This document shows, piece by piece, positions 19,386-29,600 of a stretch of DNA of 64,000 nt (position 1 is the first letter of the stretch; each line of letters starts with the position of its first letter). A model generated the notes under the pieces. It was not told the DNA's origin, ran no database searches, and saw nothing but the letters and a program-made list of their open reading frames with translations. Origin of the DNA: Candidatus Woesearchaeota archaeon. GTDB taxonomy: Archaea; Nanobdellota; Nanobdellia; Woesearchaeales; UBA11576. The position numbers and the translations under genes are program-made. The stretch is taken from assembly GCA_018668595.1 (NCBI GenBank), contig JABJCP010000035.1:216978-280977 (forward strand), given 5' to 3'.

Positions 19386-19509
19386 TTTATTATTTATGAT
19401 TTAAATGGGTTATAAGAGTTTAGCTCTGTTTTTGAGTCATATTAAAAAATTAAAGTATGTATTTAAATTGAATACAATATAAAAAATTAAGATTAAGCAA
19501 ATTTAATTA

Positions 19510-19800
19510 TTACAAATCGTAGTTTTCTTTAACCTTATTATCTAGTGTTCCAATAATTGGTTTGCCATCAAGCTCTACAACTGCAATATTTCCATCAATT
19601 ACATAGAATTTATCCACAAGTCCATTTTTGTTCAGATCGCCTTCTTGTAGTTCATATCCTGCTCTTGCTCTTATTCTTTCAGCATCGCCTTCATTACATT
19701 GATTAACTCCGAATCCTATTCCTACTATCACTGTTGCAATGCTAAGTCCTTGTCCAATGTTTGAAAAAAAGCTTGAATTGTACCAACTGTCTTTTGCCAT
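19510..19800 (-). CDS. Small membrane-anchored protein with a DxNxNG Ca-binding-like loop
   Basis: N-terminal TM segment, GDLNKNGLVD, SD AGGGGG. Confidence 0.65.
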   Translation of the reverse strand: MAKDSWYNSSFFSNIGQGLSIATVIVGIGFGVNQCNEGDAERIRARAGYELQEGDLNKNGLVDKFYVIDGNIAVVELDGKPIIGTLDNKVKENYDL

Positions 19801-19876
19801 TTTTTTGCCCCCTGATTAAACATTTAAGTTCATTTAACTTAGTTATGGCCTATTTTTTATAAACTTTTCTTTTTAA

Positions 19877-19892
19877 ACTACTTCGAAGTAGC
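19877..19892. promoter_or_regulatory. Palindromic site between divergent TATA boxes
   Basis: ACTACT-tcga-AGTAGC. TTTATA lies 13 bp away on the minus strand and 15 bp away on the plus strand. Confidence 0.7.
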
Positions 19893-19940
19893 AATAAATC
19901 AGTAAATTTTATAAATAAGGAGGATATTTTTAACACTAAA

Positions 19941-20252
19941 ATGCGTCAATATTCAGAAGAATCAATAAAGCATAAATTTAAGGGAGACTACTGCCTTGTT
20001 GTATTCAGTAATGAACAAGGAGGATATTCAATTCATCATCCTGTTAGGAATAAGTTTCTGGATAAAGTTATAGACTTGCTAAGATCGCCAAATACTCTTG
20101 ACGCTTGTTATGTTGGAATCAATAAACAAATTGCAGAAGAAATTACAGCAGAAATAATGCAAGTAGAACATGAAACCAACAATTGTAAATACATAAAATC
20201 TGAAGAGTCAGTTCTTGATGATTTGGATAATTTATTGGTTAATGGGAACTAA
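19941..20252 (+). CDS. Hypothetical protein
   Basis: 103-aa ORF downstream of a TATA box. Confidence 0.6.
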   Translation: MRQYSEESIKHKFKGDYCLVVFSNEQGGYSIHHPVRNKFLDKVIDLLRSPNTLDACYVGINKQIAEEITAEIMQVEHETNNCKYIKSEESVLDDLDNLLVNGN

Positions 20253-20287
20253 AAATGGTTGAGACAAAAGTTTAGGGGGAAAATAAA

Positions 20288-20572
20288 ATGGGAGCATTAA
20301 GAGAAACATTAGATTTTATTGGAGAACATCCGTTCTTAACAATCATAGGATTGTGTGTTATTGGTGGTACAATTGAGCAAACAGTAAAGTATGCATCGAG
20401 TAGTGATGATCCAGAAATTCAACACGAACAATCTGTTGGAGATAAGGTTGATGATACATTTATTGAATTTGATGGTACAAAATACTATTCAAAAATCGAC
20501 GGAGTTTCTGTTGAAGATAAGTGTGTTTGCAAACCACAAGATTATCAAAAGAAACCAGATTACGAATTATAA
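20288..20572 (+). CDS. Small membrane-anchored hypothetical protein
   Basis: N-terminal TM segment (HPFLTIIGLCVIGG). SD AGGGGG. Confidence 0.65.
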   Translation: MGALRETLDFIGEHPFLTIIGLCVIGGTIEQTVKYASSSDDPEIQHEQSVGDKVDDTFIEFDGTKYYSKIDGVSVEDKCVCKPQDYQKKPDYEL

Positions 20573-20673
20573 TTTTTTTTTAATTATTTGTAGTTTTTCA
20601 ACTTTTATTTATTTTTATTATTTTAGTTATTTTATTCTAAAGATTTATAAAATATAACTCTATTTAGTTATCC

Positions 20674-21282
20674 ATGCCTAATAAAATAACTCACTTCCTT
20701 TTCGACCTTGACAAAACTTTAATCTCTACAAAAATCTACTCGGATCTCTATCCTGCTTTAATAAAAACTATCAAACAAAAATTTGACCTAACAGAAAATG
20801 AAATCAATGATAAAGCAGAATCGGCAAAACTCAAAAAGAACAAAGAGGGTGTTTGGGATTCTGGAGAGCTTTCAAAAACATTCAACATTCTAGAGTCTTA
20901 TTATGAATTACTCGAGAGCAGATTTAAAGTAGTTCCTGTTCTTCTACCGTATGTAAAACCAGTTCTAAAAAAACTAAAACAAGAAAACAAAATAATAGCA
21001 ATCGTTTCAAATTCAATGACAGAAACAATTAAGATGTGCATTCATGAAACTGGAATTTCAGAATTTGTAGATTTTACTTTTTCTCCTGACAACACAAAGT
21101 ATGCAAAAGAAGATGTCGAATTTTGGAAAGCACTAATAAAAAAACACAATCTTAATCCAAATAATTGTTTAATGATTGGCGACGATCCAGTTAATGATAT
21201 AGCAATTCCTAAATCAGTCGGATTTAATACATTTCACATATCTAGTCCAGATATATTAAAAGAAGTTTTAGATTTAATTTAA
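20674..21282 (+). CDS. HAD-superfamily hydrolase
   Basis: FDLDKTL motif I, IVSN motif II, K motif III, MIGDDPVND motif IV. Confidence 0.9.
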   Translation: MPNKITHFLFDLDKTLISTKIYSDLYPALIKTIKQKFDLTENEINDKAESAKLKKNKEGVWDSGELSKTFNILESYYELLESRFKVVPVLLPYVKPVLKKLKQENKIIAIVSNSMTETIKMCIHETGISEFVDFTFSPDNTKYAKEDVEFWKALIKKHNLNPNNCLMIGDDPVNDIAIPKSVGFNTFHISSPDILKEVLDLI

Positions 21283-21305
21283 TTAATCATTTAGTTATTT
21301 GATTA

Positions 21306-22217
21306 TTAGTTTTTATTTAATTTTTTAATATCTATTTCTACAAATTCGCCATACAAAGAAACGGGTTTTTTATTTGCATTAGAAATAAATATTTTCTTTT
21401 CAGTTAAATCAATTACAAAACTTTGGTATGTTCCGTCATTAGTTAATGATTTGGAACTGTCTCCATAGTCTAATCCATTTTCATGATCTTTTAAAATTCT
21501 AATCATTTGTTTAGTAGTCAATTTTTTCTTATTCCGCATAAGTTTATTCATAGATTTCAGTCGCAGTTCACTATGATATATTGGACCATTATGAAGCTTT
21601 TTCATTTTTTCTGTTTGAAAATGTGTTGTGCAACATATAAATTTTTCTTTGGTACTTACAACATCCATTTTAGTAGGATTAGTAGAAACAATTTTGCTTT
21701 TTTTCTCTTTTTCAGAATTAATTAATACATTGAGTGATCTGCAAGTTGGATTTTTTTGAATTATATTTTCTGCTTGTTTTATTGTTTTGCTTTCTTCTAA
21801 TATTTTTCTCATCAGTATAGGTGTTGCGAGTAATTTTTTGTTTGATTTTTCTCGTACAAATAATATTTGGTGAGAATGTGCAGAAATTCCTTTTTCATTG
21901 AATCCATTTATTACTCCAACACATAATGGAATTGCAACATGAGTAAATTCTTGTTTATTTTTATTGGAATTATTGTTAACAGTAATTATCAATGGTCGTC
22001 CATGTTTTAGTGCAAATTTAGTTAATAAGGGCATAAGATCTGTATTTCTTCCAATTAAAGTTTTTATTTTTGTATGGTGTGCAATCGTCGAGCAATGAAA
22101 TCCATACTCTTTAAGCACATCAAAGTAAAAATTTGCAAAAAATAAGTGTTCATATTGTATTCCTGATCCATCAGAGTATCCTTTTATTTCATCTAAATAT
22201 TCTTTTGGAATCTTCAT
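21306..22217 (-). CDS. Peptidase C45 / Ntn-hydrolase (true N-terminus probably extends upstream)
   Basis: Autocatalytic CSTIA, LIGRNTD, GFNEKG, TTHF. The open frame upstream encodes DPYKIGLAHG but has no ATG/GTG/TTG. Confidence 0.82.
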   Translation of the reverse strand: MKIPKEYLDEIKGYSDGSGIQYEHLFFANFYFDVLKEYGFHCSTIAHHTKIKTLIGRNTDLMPLLTKFALKHGRPLIITVNNNSNKNKQEFTHVAIPLCVGVINGFNEKGISAHSHQILFVREKSNKKLLATPILMRKILEESKTIKQAENIIQKNPTCRSLNVLINSEKEKKSKIVSTNPTKMDVVSTKEKFICCTTHFQTEKMKKLHNGPIYHSELRLKSMNKLMRNKKKLTTKQMIRILKDHENGLDYGDSSKSLTNDGTYQSFVIDLTEKKIFISNANKKPVSLYGEFVEIDIKKLNKN

Positions 22218-22608
22218 TTTCTTGAAATGCTTTTTAGATATTTTAATTAAAATATTAAGAACGAGTTTTGTGATTGGATTTTTTAGTAATTTTATTATTT
22301 TATAATTTTCTTTATGTTGTAGAATTAATTTGCCATGAGCAAGACCTATTTTGTAGGGGTCTGATTCATTAATGTACAGGTAGTCAACATTATTGATTGT
22401 TTTAATGTAAGATTTTGTTTGTTTTGTTTTTATCGCCTTTTTTTTGTTATTTTGGTTATTTTTGGTTATTGGTAGTGTTTGGTTTTTTCAAATCTATAAA
22501 TAGATTTCGATTCATTTTTCAGTAAAACTTATATATGATAATTTTATTAATATAGTAAATTATAGGGTTTTAATTAAATTCATTGAATAAAAAATTGGGG
22601 TGCATTGT

Positions 22609-23811
22609 ATGAAAAAGAGTGTAAGGTTTCTATTAGTATTATTAGTTTTATTTTCTTTATTTGTTGTAATGTCAACATCGGTTATTGCGTCTATTAACTG
22701 TGCTGGAGAATTGTGTGATGAAAATCATCACTGTAATGCTGACGCAACAGCTTGCATTCCTAATTGCTTTGAAACTGATTTTGGCATTAATCAAAACAAT
22801 GCAGGAGTTGTAACTGCGTTTATTGAAGAGTATAATGAAGTTCGTACTTATGCTGATTATTGTGAAGATGATGGTCGTTTGCGCGAATATCATTGTGGTT
22901 ATACTGGGCGGGTTTATGGGGCTAGCGATCCTTGTGCTGAAGGTCGCTTTTGCTATGAAGGGGAGTGTATTGAAGCATGCGAAAACAATTTTGATTGTCT
23001 AATTGATAGTAGTTCTAGGTGTGATGCAGGAGGTGATTGCTCTGCTTGCATTTCCAATTCTGATTGTAGTCACATTGCAGGAAAACCAATTTGTGAGGGT
23101 GGTGTTTGCCGTTCTTGTCTAGCAGATTCTGAATGTACTCAAGACGATAGATCCAGGTGTTCTTGGGGTATATGTGCAAGTTGTGTTGATAATTCTGATT
23201 GCACTCATATTTCTGGTAAGTCTAATTGTGATTCAGGTGTTTGTGTAGCTGAGCAAGAAGAACCTAGAAATCCTGTTGTTTGTAATTCTGATTTTGATTG
23301 TTTGGATGGTTTTGTGTGTAGTAATTCTGCTTGTGTTGTTCCTCCTCCTGAGCAAGATGAACCTAGAAATCCTATTTCTTGTGTTGTTGACGAGGATTGT
23401 TTAGATGGTTTTGAGTGTGGTATTGGTTCTGCTTGTGTTCAAATTCAAGTAGATCCTCAAGTTCAACCTCAAGCAGATCCTTATTCAGAATTTATTCTTG
23501 GTTGGAGAGAATTAAGTGTGGTTGATATAATTGGAACACGAAATGATGGAACTCAGGAAGAATTACATTACTCTGTCGAGACTGGAAGATTCGAAGAAGG
23601 TTTGAGTGGTAGTGCTGATGCAACCGTAAGGCTAACTCAGTCTACGCTCGAGGAGATTGCTGAAAATAGAGAATTGGGAAGATCTTTCTTTACTAAAATA
23701 AGATCTGGCGAAATTGATTTCAGACTAACTCAGAGAGATGGTTTTTTCAATAGATTAGGTAACTTACTAACTGGAAATTTCCTATTGGATGTGTTTTTTG
23801 GAGACGAGTAA
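22609..23811 (+). CDS. Secreted Cys-rich repeat protein with C-terminal SCP2-like domain
   Basis: Signal peptide MKKSVRFLL..., Cys-rich repeats, and a C-terminal domain shared with the next gene. Confidence 0.85.
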   Translation: MKKSVRFLLVLLVLFSLFVVMSTSVIASINCAGELCDENHHCNADATACIPNCFETDFGINQNNAGVVTAFIEEYNEVRTYADYCEDDGRLREYHCGYTGRVYGASDPCAEGRFCYEGECIEACENNFDCLIDSSSRCDAGGDCSACISNSDCSHIAGKPICEGGVCRSCLADSECTQDDRSRCSWGICASCVDNSDCTHISGKSNCDSGVCVAEQEEPRNPVVCNSDFDCLDGFVCSNSACVVPPPEQDEPRNPISCVVDEDCLDGFECGIGSACVQIQVDPQVQPQADPYSEFILGWRELSVVDIIGTRNDGTQEELHYSVETGRFEEGLSGSADATVRLTQSTLEEIAENRELGRSFFTKIRSGEIDFRLTQRDGFFNRLGNLLTGNFLLDVFFGDE

Positions 23812-23817
23812 ATTAAA

Positions 23818-26601
23818 ATGTCTTCGCCAACAAAAGAATGGGTGTTCAGCACGAATGCGAAAACTAAATTTTTAATTTTTCCAATTTTAATACTTTTTTT
23901 GTTAATTATATCTACTCCTGCTTTTGCAGCATGGGTTTGTTCTGATAGTGATGGTGGAGAAATAACTAGTGTTGCAGGAATTGCAGTTTATACGCATACA
24001 GATAATGATAGAACTATAGAATATCCTGATGCTTGTCAGGAAAACGGACAAATTAAGGAATTTTATTGTCAAAATAACCGTGTTTATTATAGAACATCTA
24101 ATTGTGCTGCAGGTAGTGTTTGTGATAATGGTGCTTGTGTTCAAAATGAAGTTTTATGTGAAGATTCCGACGGAGGACAGTTCATTAACATTGCTGGAAC
24201 TGTTAATGCATTTTATGCACCTTATCAGAGATTTTATGATTATGATGATGCTTGTTTAGAAGATGGAAGAATAAATGAATATTTTTGTCGAGATAATTCT
24301 GCATATTATAGAACTTATAGTTGTGATGAGGATTATGTTTGTGAAGATGGTGCTTGCATAGAAGAAGAAGTTGAAGATGTCGAATGTGAATCCAATAATG
24401 ATTGCGAAGGTTCAGATGTTTGTTTTGAAGCTGAGTGCATGAGTGTTTATGATGTTCATTGTGAAATTCAAGAAATTCCTGAAATTTGTATTGAATACAA
24501 TATGACCTGTAAACAAGGTTTTTGTACATCGCGTGGCGAGGTTTATTGTGATAATGATTTTGATGAAGATAGAGATGGATTAATTGATTGTGAGGATTCT
24601 GATTGTAGTCTTGTTGATTATTGTTGGGGTTGCGCAAGTAATGACGATTGTGAAGTTGAAGGAGATATTTGTTGGAGAGGGATTTGTTACAACAGATTTG
24701 AATTGCCTTGCGGTCGTTTTAATAATATCGATTGTTCAAATTTAGATCTGACATGCAAACAAAATTTTTGTGCTGCTGAAAATGAAGTAAATTGTAGTAA
24801 TGAATTAGATGAAGATAGAGATGCTAGAACAGATTGTTTTGATTCAGATTGTTTTGAAGATCCTGTTTGTAATGAACAAGAGATTTGTGGAAATAATCGT
24901 GATGATGATGGTGATGGTTTTGTGGATTGCGATGATGATGATTGCATTCCTCGTGATGGTTGTGAACTTTGTGTAGATAATGATGGTGGAAGAAATTATT
25001 CTATCTCAAGCAATGTTAGACATTATGATTATCGTTTAGCAAGATATGTGGTTCACGAAGATATTTGTTATGGGAATAATGGTGTGAGTGAACAGTATTG
25101 TTCAGGAAATCAACATAATCAAGATACTGTTATGTGTGAACAAGGAACTCATTGTGTGGACGGTGCTTGTGTTCCTCATAATGAAAATTGCAATAATGAA
25201 ATTGATGATGACAATGATGAATTGATTGATTGTTTCGATCCTGATTGTATTCCTGTAGATGGTTGTCCTGAATGTTCAGATACTAATCCTGATAATAACA
25301 AATCTATTCGAGGAGTTGTTACATACTTTGACCCTGACTGGTATAATTATCGAACTGTAGCAGATGGTTGCGCTTCTGCTCTTGGTGGAGTGTATGCAAT
25401 AAGATCAACAAATTATTATTGTCGAGATGGCGAGATGATTTCTACGGAGATTAGATGCGGGACAGATTATAGATGTCATAATGGTGCTTGTGTTCCAAGA
25501 TTTGAAATATGCAATAATAGTATTGATGATAATTATGATGGTTCTGCAGATTGTGCTGATTCAGAGTGTAGTAATGAAGTTATTTGTGGCGCTCCAATTG
25601 AAGTTTGTGACGACGGATTAGATAATAACAATGATCAATTAGTTGATTGTCTTGATCCAACTTGTACAGAAGATGTTGCATGTATAATAGAACTGGAAGT
25701 TTGTGATGATGAATTAGATAATGATAAAGATAATCGTATTGATTGTTTTGATTCTGATTGTGATGATTCAGATTCTTGTGTTGTTGTAAATTGTTCTGAT
25801 TCTGACGGTAATGATGAAGGTCAAGTTTATGGTGAAGCATTCCATGTTTTTGCAAATGGTCAGACTACGAGAACTTATTCGGATAGGTGTTCTAATGCAG
25901 GACCAATTCAAAGAGTGGTTGAACATCGTTGTGATCGTAATGGTGAAGTGGATTATTACACTATTCAATGTGCAGATTTGGAGCGTGGTTTTGGGTATCC
26001 TCATCGTTGTGTCGATGGAGCATGCATTGCTACAGACGAATTTAATTGTTATGATGGTGTGGATAATGATGCTAATGGATTGATTGATTGTGTAGATTTT
26101 TATTGTGAAAATCAAGAAGGATGTCTTAGAACAGAAATTTGTGATAATGAATTTGATGATGATTTTGATGGGTTGACAGATTGTGCTGATTCTGATTGTA
26201 TTCAAGATGAGGTTTGCGGAGGTCTTGGAGATGATGTTGAGGATGATGAATCTGATTTAGCAAATGCAGAAGTAAATAATTTTATTGATTTTGTTCTTGG
26301 TTGGAGAGAATTAAACATTATAAACTTTGTCGGAATAAGAGAAGATGGTAGTGCGCAGGAGTGGAATTATCAAATGAATTCAGGAGTTGTTAGATTTGGT
26401 TTAAGTGACGACGCTGACGCAACAGTTAGATTAACTCAGGAAACTGTAGAAGAACTAATGCAGAATGGAAATATAGGTCAATCTTTTTTTGATAAAATCC
26501 TTGAACAAGAAATAGAATTTGAAGTTAATCGAGAAGGCGGATTTTTTGAAGAGCTTGGTAATTTATTGACAGGTAATTCAATTTTTGATATATTTAGATA
26601 A
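23818..26601 (+). CDS. Secreted Cys/Asp-rich repeat surface protein with the same C-terminal domain
   Basis: Signal peptide, 5 CxDxDGG-type modules, 9 CxDxxDxDxDGxxDCxDxDC-type repeats. Confidence 0.88.
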   Translation: MSSPTKEWVFSTNAKTKFLIFPILILFLLIISTPAFAAWVCSDSDGGEITSVAGIAVYTHTDNDRTIEYPDACQENGQIKEFYCQNNRVYYRTSNCAAGSVCDNGACVQNEVLCEDSDGGQFINIAGTVNAFYAPYQRFYDYDDACLEDGRINEYFCRDNSAYYRTYSCDEDYVCEDGACIEEEVEDVECESNNDCEGSDVCFEAECMSVYDVHCEIQEIPEICIEYNMTCKQGFCTSRGEVYCDNDFDEDRDGLIDCEDSDCSLVDYCWGCASNDDCEVEGDICWRGICYNRFELPCGRFNNIDCSNLDLTCKQNFCAAENEVNCSNELDEDRDARTDCFDSDCFEDPVCNEQEICGNNRDDDGDGFVDCDDDDCIPRDGCELCVDNDGGRNYSISSNVRHYDYRLARYVVHEDICYGNNGVSEQYCSGNQHNQDTVMCEQGTHCVDGACVPHNENCNNEIDDDNDELIDCFDPDCIPVDGCPECSDTNPDNNKSIRGVVTYFDPDWYNYRTVADGCASALGGVYAIRSTNYYCRDGEMISTEIRCGTDYRCHNGACVPRFEICNNSIDDNYDGSADCADSECSNEVICGAPIEVCDDGLDNNNDQLVDCLDPTCTEDVACIIELEVCDDELDNDKDNRIDCFDSDCDDSDSCVVVNCSDSDGNDEGQVYGEAFHVFANGQTTRTYSDRCSNAGPIQRVVEHRCDRNGEVDYYTIQCADLERGFGYPHRCVDGACIATDEFNCYDGVDNDANGLIDCVDFYCENQEGCLRTEICDNEFDDDFDGLTDCADSDCIQDEVCGGLGDDVEDDESDLANAEVNNFIDFVLGWRELNIINFVGIREDGSAQEWNYQMNSGVVRFGLSDDADATVRLTQETVEELMQNGNIGQSFFDKILEQEIEFEVNREGGFFEELGNLLTGNSIFDIFR

Positions 26602-26621
26602 TGACAACCATATAATAAATA

Positions 26622-29600
26622 ATGAATATAAAAAATAATTTCAGGTGTGTTGTATGTTTTTTGATATTTGTAGTTTTGTTAGTGTTCAATTCAATATTTG
26701 TTTTTGCAACAGACATTGATGATTGCTCTATTCTTTCTTCACCAGGACTCTACATGCTTAATACTTCGCTAACTGATGAGTCAACAGATTGTATTACTAT
26801 TACTTCAAGTAATGTTCATCTTGATTGTCAGAACAATCTTATCGACGGGCAAAACGCAAATTCAGGAATAGTAGCTTCAGCATCTGATGGTTCTGAATAT
26901 ACTAATTTATCAATAACTAATTGTAATGTAACTCAGTTTTCTATAGGTATTGAGTTTGATTATGTTGATCATTCAAACATTTCTTCGGTTTATGTGTTTG
27001 GTAATGCTGATGATGGAATGAATCTAAATAATATAGATAATCTTACAATTAAAAATTCTAATATTAGTGCAAATACTGATAATGGTATTGAGGCAACAAA
27101 CTCTGCAGATATTTTAGTGCTGAATAACAACTTCTCATCTCATTCAGGTAGTGGTGATGTGGGGATTTATATTTTAAACACAGGAAATAGTGATTGGAAT
27201 GTTAGTGACAATACTTTTTCAGGTAATTATTATGGTTTGTATTACTTAATGCCTGGCGGGTCAGGTTTTACTTTTTCAAATAATATTTTTGATGGCAATA
27301 CAGATTCAGGAGTAGCAGTTTATTATGGTGATAATGGAATTTTTAGAGATAATATTTTCACAAATAATAAGTACGGGATTAATATAAAACATGCAGATGC
27401 AGAGGATAATGAGTTTTACAATAATCAAATTAATGATAGCACTACTTATGCTATTAATTTTGGTAGTTCTTCAATGATGGATCAGATTTTTGAAGGTAAC
27501 ACTGTCGGAAATTCAACTTATCTTCACTGTTCAAAAAATCATTCTTGGCAAAAAAGTAATTATGTGATTACAGATAATAAAATATCAAATCAAGGTTCTG
27601 TTAATTTGTATTACTGTAATAATTCGGTTCTAAATAATATTACTGTGCTAAATGCAGATACTTATGGTTTGGAATCATATTATAGTAACAATGTTACAAT
27701 TTCCAGTTCAGAATTTTCAGCAGCAGGTAATGATGGAGTTTATGTTGACAATTCAAACATAACAATTCAACATTCAACAATTTCAGATAATGTTGATAAT
27801 GGTATAGAATTGCATTATGCAGATGGAACAATAATTTTTAACACAACAGTTTCAGGTCATTCAGGTAGTTCAGACATTGGGATTTATATTACTGGAGATG
27901 ATAATGATTATTGCAATATATCTCAAAATAATTTTAGTGGTAATTACTATGGTGTTTATCATCATGATGCAGATTCAGCAGGAATTTCTGTTTCAGATAA
28001 TCGTTTTGAACAAAATACTAAGTCAGGAGTTATGATTTATTCTGGTGATAATGCAGTTTTTCGTAATAATGTTTTTGTTGGAAACTATTATGGTGTTGAT
28101 GTTAGCCATACTAATGCAGAGGATAATGAGTTTTATGATAATCAATTTAATGGCAGCACTACTTATGCTATTAGGTTTGGTTCTGTTTCTTTCATGGATC
28201 AAATTTTTTCAGAAAACCTCGTCGATGGTTATGAATATTTTCATTGTTATAATAATCATTCTTGGTCTGCTGAGAATTCAAATATTGAAACTGTTAAGGT
28301 TACAAATTATGGATCATTAAATATTTATTCCTGTAATAATTCAATTGTCTCAAACATAACTGCAACTAATAATTCTGCAGATGGGTTGTATATTTCTACA
28401 TCATTCAACATTACAGTTTCAAACTCAAATTTTTCTTACAATACAGATGATGGAATTGAAGTTGAAGATTCAAATAATCTTACTTTTCAAAATTCTGTTT
28501 TATTATTAAATACTGATAATGGGATGGAAGCTAATGATTGTGATTCTGTTTTTATCATCGGGTTGAATGTTTCTAACCAAAGCGGTAGTGGAGACATTGG
28601 AATTTACATTAATTCTAATAATAATTATTGGAATGTTTCAGATAGTAATTTTACAGGTAATTATTATGGTCTTTATTATAACTCTGTAAATGGAGTAGGA
28701 AATTATATAGGTAATAATTTTTTCTATGATAATTTAATTTCAGGAATTCATATTTATTATGGAGATAATGCAGTTATTAATGACAATGATTTTACAAGTA
28801 ATAAATATGGTGTGAATTTTGCAAATGTTGATTCAGGAAGTAACTTAGTTTATAGAAATAATTTTAAATCAAGTACAACTGATCATGCTACTCATTTGGG
28901 AACTAATCATTTTAATTCATCTACAACTTTAGGGGGAAATTATTGGGATGATTTTGACCAGGTGGGTGAGGGTTGCAGCGACGGTAATAGTGATGGTTTT
29001 TGTGATGCAACATACAACACTTCTGGTTTAACTCCTGCTACTGATTATCTTCCTTATGCACAAGAAGTCAATCACAGCGCAACTCAAACTCAGTCACCGA
29101 CAACATCAAACATTTCTGTTACTGCAGTTCAAAATCAATCTATTATTGAGGGTTCTCAAATCACAATAAATATTTCTTTTACTCAATCAATCTCATCTTC
29201 ATACAATGCATCTGTTAATTGGAGCGATGGAACCGCAGTAAGTATGTCATTAAATGTATCTAGTCCTTTCTCTCTAAACCACACTTTTTATGATGATGGA
29301 ACATTCACAGTTAATGCATCTATTGTTAATGAGTCTGGAACTGGTTTTGATTTAGTTTTAATAGAAGTAAATAATTCTGCACCGACTATAGAGGGAAATA
29401 TAAGTTACCTAGTTGAACTCAATACTCTAGTCACACTTAATCTTAACTTTTCAGACTTAGGTGTTAATGATACTCACTCACTTGATATAGATTGGAATGA
29501 TACTCAAATAGATCAGGAAACTCTAACTTCAGATTTTGTTATTAACAATACTCATAATTACACTATTGCAGGAAATTATTCTGTTTTGATTAATGTTACT

